DNA of 64,000 nucleotides from Opitutales bacterium (GCA_965197745.1 CBDANS010000007.1:1056001-1120000), one strand, 5' to 3'; positions 53,219 through 62,548 are shown, counted from the stretch's first letter. Notes: generated by a model not told the origin, from the letters alone. Translations and numbers: made by a program.

Positions 53219-53992
53219 TTAACCTTTAGGACTCACCGCTTTCTTCTCCAGTACTGCCTGGTAGCGATCCGTTTTAAATACGGCCTGATTGAGAGTTTCG
53301 TTTTTGCAGGTAACCTCACCCGTTACCCAATGGGTGACGTAGGCGCGACGCCAGCGATCTGAATAATTGCGGTGTGAACTGTGCAGCGTTTGAATTTGAT
53401 GAAATACAACACCCCCTTTATGGACAGGAGCCAGTCCTTCATTCTTCATTTTAATATCCTCTTCTCTCGGTAAGAAGCTGTGCGGCTCAGCGGCTGATTT
53501 TTGGTAGTGAGGTATAATTCCTACTTTGTGTGACCCACTGATATAGCGCAGGCATCCGTTTTCTTCGTTTACATCGTCGAGCGCGATCCACGCGGTAATA
53601 ACATGATCTGCGGGAAAGCACTGGTAATGAAAGTTATCCTGGTGATAAGGTACGGGGCCTCCGTGATGAGGGGGTTTCAAGAATACCTGATCCTTTAACA
53701 ACAATGGAGTGTCACCTAAGAACTCCTCAATTACACTATTAAAACAGTCGTCTAAAACAAATTCTTGAAATGAAGGATGCTTGAAATATGGATTTGTAAT
53801 TTTACGGGGAATGACCTCCCCGCTTTCCAGTCGTTCCCCGGCTATGGCAGCTACATCGGGGCTTTTTATTTCTTCTTCAATTATCGTCGTCGCTGTCTTC
53901 GCTATACCGTCCACAACGGCATGATCAAATACCCCTTCGATCACGACCCATCCTTTTTCCAAATAGTGATCCATCTGTTCTTGAGTAACCAT
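53219..53992 (-). CDS. PhyH-family Fe(II)/2OG dioxygenase
   Basis: YHQD, WIALDD…NGCL..I.GSH, LHSS..N.SDRWRR. Confidence 0.92.
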   Translation of the reverse strand: MVTQEQMDHYLEKGWVVIEGVFDHAVVDGIAKTATTIIEEEIKSPDVAAIAGERLESGEVIPRKITNPYFKHPSFQEFVLDDCFNSVIEEFLGDTPLLLKDQVFLKPPHHGGPVPYHQDNFHYQCFPADHVITAWIALDDVNEENGCLRYISGSHKVGIIPHYQKSAAEPHSFLPREEDIKMKNEGLAPVHKGGVVFHQIQTLHSSHRNYSDRWRRAYVTHWVTGEVTCKNETLNQAVFKTDRYQAVLEKKAVSPKG

Positions 53993-54293
53993 TTCTGAGC
54001 CCTTTTTCGTTTTATAAAAAATTTATCTTTTAATAGTGAGACTTCAATAATTAAAATCCAGATCGCTTTTATTCTCGGGGAAGGGGAGGAAAAGGGGTCA
54101 ACATTGACAACATTACCAGCATACGCAAATATACAGAACTTTAGAACCACTTGTTGAGCGAAGGAAGATCAGAGCTAACACACAACAGCAAAAAGGAGGA
54201 CAGATGATGCAAGATTCAAATAGCGTCGTCGAGCCGCCGCACTCCATGGAACAGCCGCTTGCCGGGCCCGATCCCCGAGAGTAAATAACCACC

Positions 54294-55511
54294 ATGAACC
54301 TGACTTTGGAGCAAGGACAATTTTACGACGAAAACTGTTATCTCGTCGTAAAGGGGGCGTTTACGGATGAAGAGTTGGAGCGCCTGGATCGTGGAGTGTA
54401 CGGGGCGGTCACATCCGGCAATTGCAGCAGCTGCGGAAAAGTCTATCCGGCGCCAGAGACTTTGTATATTGTTGAAGGACAGTACCAGGACGATCCGGAC
54501 TTGTTGTTGATTGGCGAGCATCCGGCCGTTACCGGTCCGGTCGAATCGCTTCTTGGCGGTCACGCCTGTCTATCGGCCTTCGTTTCTTACTTGAAAACGC
54601 CCGGAGCCGTCGGCACCAGTGGCGATTACCAGGGGAGTCACCCCACCGGGCACTGCGACTACAAAACCTACCAGCAGGCGGGTTCGTCGTTCAACTGGCT
54701 ATTTGCGATTATTCCGCTCACCGATCTCGATGAAGAGACCGGGTCGCTACTCGTTTCCCCCGGCTCGCACAGGGAGTCGAAGATCGTGCCGGTCACCGAC
54801 AAGGTTAGCGAGGTCCATCGCGCGCAGGCGTCCGACATCGCGCCGTTGATCGATGCGGAACTGAAGCGGGGCGACCTTTGCTTTATGCACGAGTTCACCT
54901 GGCACGAGGGCAAGGGCAACAGTTCCAATCACGACAGGTACGGGATCTACCTCAAGTACCGGGCCGTCAATGCACCGCCGGGATGCGGCCCGCAGTTGTT
55001 TCGCGAGAGAGCTTTCTCGGCGTTCAGCGAGGCGGGCAAGCGATTTGTGCCGCATCACGGGGGCCGGTCTTTTGCGGAGGCGCGGTTGATTATCGATCAT
55101 GGGGGAAATTTCCTGCTCGTGGAAGGCGATGCCAGGGATTGGAAACTGCCGGGTGTGGCTCCGCTGGAAAAGCTAGTGAAGGAGTCGGTGACGGCCGATG
55201 TAATCAGGCAGCTGGATATGTTGCTACAGAAGAAATACGGTCTCGAGATCCCGTGGATGACTTACATTGCCGATTATCGCAACGGGGACGGCGTCCGCCG
55301 GGTATATGCCTACCAGGACAGCGGAGGGGCAACGGCCGCTCGCACACCCGGGCTGGAGTTCCGGTGGTGCAGCGGTGAGGAAATTCGGGCTCTCGCCGAC
55401 AGTGGAAAACTGGAGTCCGAAGACGCGGTTGCGATTCACCGATGGGAAACCGAGGGTTGCGTGCGCGGAGTCGGCGAATCGATGGAGCGCGCGAAGAAGT
55501 TCGCTCAGTAG
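54294..55511 (+). CDS. PhyH-family dioxygenase with C-terminal extension (degenerate NUDIX-like)
   Basis: GHCD, PLTD…GSL.V.PGSH, WH…N.S..DR; C-terminal LLVEG…WKLPG. Confidence 0.8.
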   Translation: MNLTLEQGQFYDENCYLVVKGAFTDEELERLDRGVYGAVTSGNCSSCGKVYPAPETLYIVEGQYQDDPDLLLIGEHPAVTGPVESLLGGHACLSAFVSYLKTPGAVGTSGDYQGSHPTGHCDYKTYQQAGSSFNWLFAIIPLTDLDEETGSLLVSPGSHRESKIVPVTDKVSEVHRAQASDIAPLIDAELKRGDLCFMHEFTWHEGKGNSSNHDRYGIYLKYRAVNAPPGCGPQLFRERAFSAFSEAGKRFVPHHGGRSFAEARLIIDHGGNFLLVEGDARDWKLPGVAPLEKLVKESVTADVIRQLDMLLQKKYGLEIPWMTYIADYRNGDGVRRVYAYQDSGGATAARTPGLEFRWCSGEEIRALADSGKLESEDAVAIHRWETEGCVRGVGESMERAKKFAQ

Positions 55512-55539
55512 CAACAGCCAACGGCGAAATCTATGCTAT

Positions 55540-55696
55540 CGGGGGAGGTAGAGGAGATTACCCTCGCCTTATCCAATGATATAGAAGGTGAAGTAACCTG
55601 TCACTATATCCAGGAGACGATCATTGGTAAACAACCGCTTAAAGTAACCCGTATAGGATTCGGTTTGCCCAGCGGTGGGGGCATTGTCTATGCCGA
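55540..55696 (+). pseudogene. diverged duplicate of the recR 3' portion (~38166..38322)
   Basis: EVEEITLALSNDIEGEVTCHYIQETIIGKQPLKVTRIGFGLPSGGGIVYA. Confidence 0.9.
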
Positions 55697-55725
55697 CCCG
55701 AAACCCGCATAGGTAAAGGGGAAAT

Positions 55726-55770
55726 TCTGCGTCCCGAACGCAGCGCTTTACCGGGCTGAGCTACACCTCG
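55726..55770 (-). pseudogene. 5' half of tRNA-Pro(CGG)
   Basis: CGAGGTGTAGCTCAGCCCGGTAAAGCGCTGCGTTCGGGACGCAGA has a D-arm and anticodon arm but no T-arm or 3' end; TTGACA lies upstream. Confidence 0.75.
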
Positions 55771-55936
55771 CTTAATACAGGGTAATACTTATATTACTTT
55801 TTAAAGTGTCAACGAAAGTAAATATTTACGGGGTGCTCGTATAATTCATTGATTGCCATTTACCATAGCGACCATGATCAGCCTTCGTCCCGCGGTAGTT
55901 TGACTAATGTAAGGCAGGGTATAGATTTATCCCTAT

Positions 55937-56073
55937 GTCATTGCGAGGATCCCGCAGCTGCGGGAGACGCGGCTACCGATGGCAAAGTCCGACATCTTCC
56001 ATTCCAGGCGAATGAATGTACGCAACCGACATCCCCCTGGATCGCCACGGCTGACAAGCAGCCTCGCGATGAC
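55937..56073. repeat. GTCATTGCGAGG…CCTCGCGATGAC palindromic element (RPE/BIME-like)
   Basis: Terminal inverted repeats with internal hairpins. Confidence 0.7.
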
Positions 56074-56168
56074 AAATAGGATGCAAACTAGATCTGCTTT
56101 AATTTCGCTACAGTAGGACTACGGCTGTCAGGTAGTCTGCTCCACCTAATGTTAATTAATAATGTAAA

Positions 56169-56252
56169 GAGGTGGAACGCGGTGTCCCTACCGCGTTATA
56201 TATTTAAATTGTAGTGATAAAATAAGTGTGCTGGGACAGCCCGCTCCACCTC
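56169..56252. repeat. inverted pair of GGTGGA-type REP elements (related copy at ~62763..62787)
   Basis: GAGGTGGAACGCGGTGTCCC… versus …GGGACAGCCCGCTCCACCTC. Confidence 0.6.
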
Positions 56253-56308
56253 ACTTAATTGCGTAACACTTTAAACTTAATACTTAAAACTGATCGATAG
56301 ATCACACA

Positions 56309-58285
56309 TCACTCGATCGTGATCTCATCAATAGCCACGGTAATCTCGTCACCGTCCTCGTTGGCGAAAGTGGCGTCGATACTCTGTGTCGGCTGAGGTG
56401 TTTCGTCGGACTTGAAGTTGTTCTGGGTGATCAGGGTGTCAAACCCGGTCGTTGTTGAACCACTCTCCGCGACCACGACCGCGACGCCGTTTGTCTGCAA
56501 GAGGTCGCCACCGGTGATCCGCAACCCAGGGTTGCCCGCCGGTATCGTGAAGGACCCATCAGCGAATAAGATGTGGGGCACCGCATCGCCATCAGCATCA
56601 ATGTCGCCGATGGTTAAGCGTACCGCGATCGGTACGCCCCGTGCATCGAAGCCCACCTTGCCCGTGCTTCCACTGAACACGGCATTCGATAACTGTACCC
56701 CTCCCAGTCCCGTGGAGTTGACTACTTCCACGAGGGCCACATCGGCCTGGGCGTCATAAACCTGTCCTTCGGGGAACAGCGCCTGGTTAAAGGCGTTGAT
56801 CCTGCCCACCGTGAAGATGCTGAAAAAGGTGTTGGCGTCCGCTCCGTCGATGACTACGCTCGGCTTACCCGTCACATACTCAACCTGCTGGTTGTAGCGT
56901 GGGGGAATGGCCGGGGGCAGGAAGGTGGCCGGGTCGAGGGTTACGGTAAAGGTACCGTTGCCTGAGAATTCTACCTGTACAATGTCCTCGTTTTCATCCA
57001 TGAAGGAAACGCGGGTGATCTGTCCCGTTTTGACCTGCAGTTGGACGGACTCACCGGTGAGTAAAATCTGGTCGAAGACATTACCGTTGGCATGCTGGAT
57101 ATCTTCTCCGGCAATATCACCTGAGCCGTCGAGGACGAGGGGCACGGAGGGAGCGGCCACGGTGATGACCGCGGTATCGCTGTCGGGTGCGCCGATAGGG
57201 GTAAACCCAAAATCATCGATAGAAATAAGTTGAAAACTGCCGCTCGTATCGGTTTCTGCACTATTAGTATAAGTAACTTTACCAATTCCACCTGGGGCCC
57301 CTAATTCAGCGGCATTGAAATCAAAAAAAGTGAAAGGGACAATAGATGCAATATTGATACTTTGCGGGATTTCATCTGTCGAGGTAAGCAAAATGTCTTC
57401 GGTGTCAAAAACATTGATCTCTCCGTCACCCGAAATAAAGGAGGCGGCGTAAAACTGAACTTGAGCAGCCGGTGTTTCAAAGGTGATCGTCCCTGTCGTG
57501 TCGTTGAGTACCGCCCAGACTGCCCGACCGTCATTTCTAGAGAAATCAATGGGTAAAGAGTGATTGAATGCTGGTATATCAAAAACAACTTGCGCTATCC
57601 CGCCCGTAAAAGTGACAGTAGCGGGAGACTGACCGAGGGTAAAATTAACTCGGGCGGTGAAGTCACTCAGGACAGGATGAATGTTTAATCCCTCAAAATC
57701 TTCGAAAAGAGTATTGTTCGGCGGTCCTACCACATAAGTGAATCCAAGATCATCGAGGGAAAATTGCCCCGTTACGTTAGTGACCTTTAGTTCTATAACG
57801 CCGTTCACAAAATTGAGATCCGAAGTGTCCTGGGCATCTCCACTAAAGGCGGTGAAACTTTGAAATGCGGGACTAACGTCAGGGTTAATATTAGTCGGTA
57901 GTCCCTCAGCTATACCTTGCTCGGTTATAACTTGAAGACCCCTTTCTCTTAACTCGATCCTTCCCGCGCCATCTGTTTCAGCCGCATAGAACTGGAGGTG
58001 ATTGACCCCTCGTTCAAAAATAATTTTTCCCTCCTGTGCGCCTGGGACAAGGACCAATGCCTGGGTACCCGAATGGGCGAGATTCGGGTTGTCTACGGTT
58101 TCCAGGGTAAAGTTAATTACCCGGATAGTGAAGGGGGATTCGCCAATGACAAATTCAGTTCCCTCCACGGTTACTCCTTCAAAATCGATGAAGGTTTCAA
58201 GGTCTTGGGGTAGGGCATAGAGACACACCGGTAAATAGAGCAAAAGAATCAGAAGCGGAATTATTTTTATGGGTTTTATTTTCAT
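56309..58285 (-). CDS. secreted protein: two beta-rich repeats plus the shared C-terminal domain
   Basis: Signal peptide; internal repeats (DFEG…QFYAA…DD.GFT); C-terminus homologous to ORF 2..1081. Confidence 0.85.
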   Translation of the reverse strand: MKIKPIKIIPLLILLLYLPVCLYALPQDLETFIDFEGVTVEGTEFVIGESPFTIRVINFTLETVDNPNLAHSGTQALVLVPGAQEGKIIFERGVNHLQFYAAETDGAGRIELRERGLQVITEQGIAEGLPTNINPDVSPAFQSFTAFSGDAQDTSDLNFVNGVIELKVTNVTGQFSLDDLGFTYVVGPPNNTLFEDFEGLNIHPVLSDFTARVNFTLGQSPATVTFTGGIAQVVFDIPAFNHSLPIDFSRNDGRAVWAVLNDTTGTITFETPAAQVQFYAASFISGDGEINVFDTEDILLTSTDEIPQSINIASIVPFTFFDFNAAELGAPGGIGKVTYTNSAETDTSGSFQLISIDDFGFTPIGAPDSDTAVITVAAPSVPLVLDGSGDIAGEDIQHANGNVFDQILLTGESVQLQVKTGQITRVSFMDENEDIVQVEFSGNGTFTVTLDPATFLPPAIPPRYNQQVEYVTGKPSVVIDGADANTFFSIFTVGRINAFNQALFPEGQVYDAQADVALVEVVNSTGLGGVQLSNAVFSGSTGKVGFDARGVPIAVRLTIGDIDADGDAVPHILFADGSFTIPAGNPGLRITGGDLLQTNGVAVVVAESGSTTTGFDTLITQNNFKSDETPQPTQSIDATFANEDGDEITVAIDEITIE

Positions 58286-58458
58286 GCTGTTATAACGATT
58301 AAATCGAGGCCAGAGATGTGGCGAGGAAATTGCGCTTTCGGAAAACTCGATGGCCTTTCTTGAAGCAGTTAAACTTTACTTTTCCTCTCGATTGCCACAA
58401 TAATTGTAATAGTATGCAACAGTTTTTTAGCCGGTTAGAAAAATCCATTATGGAGTGA

Positions 58459-59274
58459 TTGATTATGACGCCTGAAGAAAGATATTTATTCGACCTCCAA
58501 GGTTACCTTTTCATCCCACAGGCGATACCGAGTGATTTGGTGCAGCGAATGAATGATGAAATTGACAAGCTGGAATCTCTTAATGATGAGGAGGCAGCCG
58601 ATCTGGGAATAAGTCGGAAGTATCACGATGATCTCAAGTCCGGATGGAATGAGATATCAAAAAAGAATCAATCACGCGATTACGATTGCAATTTATTGCG
58701 CTGGGGAGGTCCTTTTGAGGAGATAATCGATTGTCCTCGGACTCTTCCCTACATCGACGCGATGATTAATGAGCCTCTGCGCCTCGATGGATATATGTTT
58801 ATGACACGCAATCAGGGGCACTGCACCAAATTACATCACGGTTATGCTGAGCTTTTATCTTACAGTGAATATGCCATTGATGAAGGGCAGTTTAAATGTG
58901 TGAGTGTAAAAATTTCCTACGCACTCAGGGATGTTTCTACCGAGGAGGGTTCATTCGCCGTTATTCCGGGAAGTCACAAAAGCAATTTTAAAAATCCATT
59001 TGAAAGAGAGATACCCGATGAAAATCACCCTTTAATTGTAGCCTGTCCCTGCAAAGCGGGTGATGCGGTCATTTTCTCTGAAGATCTCACTCATGGATCA
59101 TTAGTCAATAAAAGCAATAGGGCTCGCCGCACCCTCTTCATCTCTTACGCCCCGGCATTTCAAAGCCCCTGGGGTAAACTGGTGGATACCGCGGACGGTT
59201 TCGAAGATAGAGCTACTCCCAAGCGATTGGAATTGATTAAAGGCCCTGCACCATTTGCCATCGCGGGGACTTAA
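58459..59274 (+). CDS. PhyH-family dioxygenase
   Basis: YLFDLQGY, LHHG, VIPGSHKSNF, THGS…N…RR. Confidence 0.9.
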   Translation: MIMTPEERYLFDLQGYLFIPQAIPSDLVQRMNDEIDKLESLNDEEAADLGISRKYHDDLKSGWNEISKKNQSRDYDCNLLRWGGPFEEIIDCPRTLPYIDAMINEPLRLDGYMFMTRNQGHCTKLHHGYAELLSYSEYAIDEGQFKCVSVKISYALRDVSTEEGSFAVIPGSHKSNFKNPFEREIPDENHPLIVACPCKAGDAVIFSEDLTHGSLVNKSNRARRTLFISYAPAFQSPWGKLVDTADGFEDRATPKRLELIKGPAPFAIAGT

Positions 59275-59378
59275 CCGACGACCTGCAGAACTACCCAACT
59301 GCCAATAAGGTAGATTACTATCACCTGCCAATGTGAACGTCGATGGATCTCGTGGATAAGCTGGGTTAATCTGGGCAT
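59271..59378 (-). pseudogene. 5' fragment of a third TolB-TPR paralog (with its upstream region to ~59500)
   Basis: [34 protein letters not shown], then stop. Confidence 0.85.
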
Positions 59379-59560
59379 GGTAAATGCAGCAAAAGATGGC
59401 GAATGCTTGGGAGGAACCAGGTCGTTAGGCTGAAACCATTAGCTTAAACTGTAAAGGATGAAGCAATCGACTGAGTAAGGGGGGCATTTTGACCCAATCG
59501 TTTTCAAGCCGTAGTAAGAGGAAACTCTATGGGGTCGGGGTGTAGTCTTAACTTTTATTA

Positions 59561-60400
59561 TTAATTATTCATCGCTTCGATAAAGCCCCAATCATCTAAC
59601 CATTTTATCCAGCGTGCTCGCTTCTCACTGCCATCGGGATTTTCCAACCACCACGGATGATAGTATGGCGAATCGTGCAAATCCATTCTCGAACTGATGG
59701 ATTTGGCATTTTCCGCCAGCGCGCGCAGTTCCTCTTCTTCTTGAGCCGTCTTTGGATTGCTGTAAAAAGCTAGTGAACAGTTCCTGCGGTCTTCATAACC
59801 CCCAAAAGCCGCGTGCCATAATCTCTGGTTAAAAGTGATGACATCACCCGGCTGCGAACAGAATATATAAGCGGGGATATCTTCACCACGCATGCCCGAC
59901 TCATTTCGAAATGTTTCTTCGTTATCATCAGATATACTCAACCCTATGCGAATCAGTTCATCGAATAAGGGACTAATATGCGAACCCGGAATTAAACGCA
60001 ATGATCCGTGGTCACCGGAGGTGGGTTGCAGATAGGTGAGGTTTTTGAGACCGCGAATATGCCGCTGTATCATATCCGGGTGCCAGAGGGTGTCATGTCT
60101 ATAGCTGTGGGCATTGGAATACACGGGGACCGTGTCTTCTCCTTGTAATTGCTCCGTTGGCACACAAATGCGCGGATCTTCCAAAAGACCCGCCATTAAT
60201 GGTGTTTCTGGAATGAGGTTAGACCAATTAGGCCATTTACGGGTACGGAGATCTATCTTTTTATCAAAATCATCTTTAATCGTGTCGAGATGCTGATCGA
60301 ACTCCTTGTTGATCCGGTCAATTTCCTCGCGGCTGAAGACCCGGCGACGGATAAGAAAACCGAAGATTTCAAAATGCTGGATCTCTTGTTCGGTGAGCAT
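59561..60400 (-). CDS. PhyH-family dioxygenase
   Basis: FEIFGFL, WHPD, LRLIPGSH, WHAAFGG..DRR. Confidence 0.9.
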   Translation of the reverse strand: MLTEQEIQHFEIFGFLIRRRVFSREEIDRINKEFDQHLDTIKDDFDKKIDLRTRKWPNWSNLIPETPLMAGLLEDPRICVPTEQLQGEDTVPVYSNAHSYRHDTLWHPDMIQRHIRGLKNLTYLQPTSGDHGSLRLIPGSHISPLFDELIRIGLSISDDNEETFRNESGMRGEDIPAYIFCSQPGDVITFNQRLWHAAFGGYEDRRNCSLAFYSNPKTAQEEEELRALAENAKSISSRMDLHDSPYYHPWWLENPDGSEKRARWIKWLDDWGFIEAMNN

Positions 60401-60715
60401 GACTTTCCTAAGGGGTTGAATTTATTTATGAGGCAAAATAGAACTTGAAACAACTTTATTTGCGTTTCCAACTAACCAGCGCTGACTCATAATTACTCTC
60501 AGGCACAGCGCAGTGCTGACGAGTGCTGTGGAGGCGTGAGAGGGTTTTTAGAAGTGAGGGTATACAAATTAGATACCCCTTGCGTAAAAAAGAAGATATA
60601 GAATATTTAGCGGTTACTCTTATAATACCTGGCGTGATAGAAGATCAACTCTGAGCTAGAGAAAAGCATAGTAAGAAACCAATTAATGAGTCACTAAATA
60701 TAAGGAAAAATACCA

Positions 60716-61126
60716 ATGTCTATACGTGTGTTTGGATGTAATCATATCGTTCTCGAAGTCGGTGATCTCGATAAAGCAATCGAATTTTACACTGACGTTT
60801 TTAATCTTGAGCCAAAAAATGAAGGTGAAGGTGATGCTTTTTTCCAACTTGGCAATCATCAGTTCTTAGCACTATTTCATTCTGATGATCCTCACGTTGA
60901 CAAGCATAGACATTTCGGCCTCATGGTTCGAGATGACGCACAAGTTTCAGAAATTCGTGAGAAGATTAGTAAGAAATATGGATTAAAGACGATTCCGCCG
61001 TTTCGGTGTGATTTCCGAGACCCTTGGGGAAACCGGATTCAAGTGGTTGACATGCATGATGAATCGACTGCTTGGCTACAGCCATACGAAGAGGTTCAGA
61101 AGGTCGGCGCAAAACTGCCAGAATAA
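60716..61126 (+). CDS. VOC/glyoxalase family protein
   Basis: NHIVLEV.DL.KA.EFY…HFGL…FRDPWGNRIQVV. Confidence 0.92.
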   Translation: MSIRVFGCNHIVLEVGDLDKAIEFYTDVFNLEPKNEGEGDAFFQLGNHQFLALFHSDDPHVDKHRHFGLMVRDDAQVSEIREKISKKYGLKTIPPFRCDFRDPWGNRIQVVDMHDESTAWLQPYEEVQKVGAKLPE

Positions 61127-61342
61127 TTTCATGCTATCCTACAGCTTAGTGCGAGGGCATGCTGTAGCTATGTGAGAGGGTATATTTTGACTGGGGTATA
61201 CCTGGATACCCCTTGAAGGGTTACTCAAACAGCACTTCTTCCACAGTGACAGAGATTCCCTGACCAAACTCGTTTATGAAAGTAGCATCGATGCTCTGTG
61301 TTGGCTGAGGACTGATCAGGTGGATAATGTTCTGAAACACAA

Positions 61343-62548
61343 TTACTGACTTAAGAACACTCCCCGAATTCCACAAATTCTTACATCTTCATGTTGAGGA
61401 TGACTCTTGGGTAATACCTGTTCTCCCTTATCAGAGCTGAAAGCGATGAATAACTTCTCTCCAAGGTTTACGGAACTGGAGTATCCTCCATCAGTGTCGT
61501 AATCTTCTATAATCTGCCTCAGCGACCAGGTTTTGCCATAGTCAAACGAATAGTGAAGGGTCATGTCTTGGGTTGGTGTGTGTCTTGCGTGAAGAATTAA
61601 AGTCTCACCAATCCAGTTAAGGAAAGGTTTGCGAGCAGAAATTCCCTCGACTAACTGAATTGATCCCCAGCTATATCCATCGTCAACACTAACACGAGAG
61701 TAATTTTTCTCTTCCCCATCGGGCAAATACGCCAGAGTCAGAACATAAATGCTTTCATCCGGGAGAATTGTGAGTGTCGGATACCACAAGGGAGCTGTAT
61801 AGGTGTTAGGATGCCATTTTCTAGGTGCATTGCGTGAGGGAAATACGGGACTGCGCATCTGCCACGTCTCACCATTGTCAACACTGGTGTAGAGTAAAAC
61901 TCCGACATCAAAGCTTGCCGATACGAAATAGATAGTGCCGTTTTGTGTGATGACATTGGTGGTGATAGCGTCAATGTATTTTGGGTGCGATGGATCGATG
62001 TAACCCTTGTAATCATAAGTCTCGCCACTATCAGAACTGATCAAATAGACACATCCGGCAAAATGTTCCCCTTTAAGACTCAGGTTTTTGGTTTCGGCCT
62101 CTACTATGACCTCAGGGTTTGTCGTTTGAACAAACATCACCAGCTTTCCGTCAGGGGCCAGTGCGTAAGCTGGATTGTAGCAGGTTTCACCTGGTTTTAT
62201 TTTGCTATGATCGTAAACTACTCCTTCATAGTTCCAGGAAACGCCACCATCTGTGCTGCGCGATTGCACGATCAAACCTATCCCATGCATGCGTCCCTGA
62301 GCACTAGCCACCAAGAGATCCCCGTTCTCGGCTACAATTGTTGTGGGTCCATGAAAATAGGTGCCAAAAGGTTCGGGATTACCCATCAAGTGCGGAATTA
62401 CATCAAAAGGTATGTCAATTTTTGGTAACTCCGGTTGAAATGCAACTGGTTTTGTTTGCTGCTGTTGACAGCCAATGATCGGCCAAAATAAAAAAACTGC
62501 AATGACTCCTTGTATCCACCAAGCCAAAATACGGTTTGATTTTTTCAT
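61343..62548 (-). CDS. BNR/Asp-box sialidase-like lipoprotein
   Basis: Lipobox IIGC; five Asp-boxes (STDGGVSW, SSDSGETY, SVDNGETW, SVDDGYSW, SFDYGKTW). Confidence 0.85.
   Translation of the reverse strand: MKKSNRILAWWIQGVIAVFLFWPIIGCQQQQTKPVAFQPELPKIDIPFDVIPHLMGNPEPFGTYFHGPTTIVAENGDLLVASAQGRMHGIGLIVQSRSTDGGVSWNYEGVVYDHSKIKPGETCYNPAYALAPDGKLVMFVQTTNPEVIVEAETKNLSLKGEHFAGCVYLISSDSGETYDYKGYIDPSHPKYIDAITTNVITQNGTIYFVSASFDVGVLLYTSVDNGETWQMRSPVFPSRNAPRKWHPNTYTAPLWYPTLTILPDESIYVLTLAYLPDGEEKNYSRVSVDDGYSWGSIQLVEGISARKPFLNWIGETLILHARHTPTQDMTLHYSFDYGKTWSLRQIIEDYDTDGGYSSSVNLGEKLFIAFSSDKGEQVLPKSHPQHEDVRICGIRGVFLSQ

Larger units (their letters stand above)
38757..61214 (+). repeat. dispersed co-oriented intergenic hairpin repeat family (~12 copies: 38757, 42086, 43311, 43875, 46385, 46971, 50540, 51045, 51857, 59501, 60497, 61137)
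   Basis: Consensus TTCTC(A/G)AG…(G/A)TGAGAG(C/G)GTTTT…GGGGTAT-loop-ATACCCCTT. Copies at 42086, 43875, 50540 and 59501 are partial. Confidence 0.85.

Noticed and set aside
55726..55770. Functional or intron-containing tRNA-Pro
   Set aside because: No T-arm or acceptor 3' half was found downstream in the window.
38757..61214. Canonical integron attC array
   Set aside because: No paired RYYYAAC/GTTRRRY cores frame the repeats, genes lie in both orientations, and neither recombinase shows an obvious IntI-specific insertion. A formal attC model scan is still needed.
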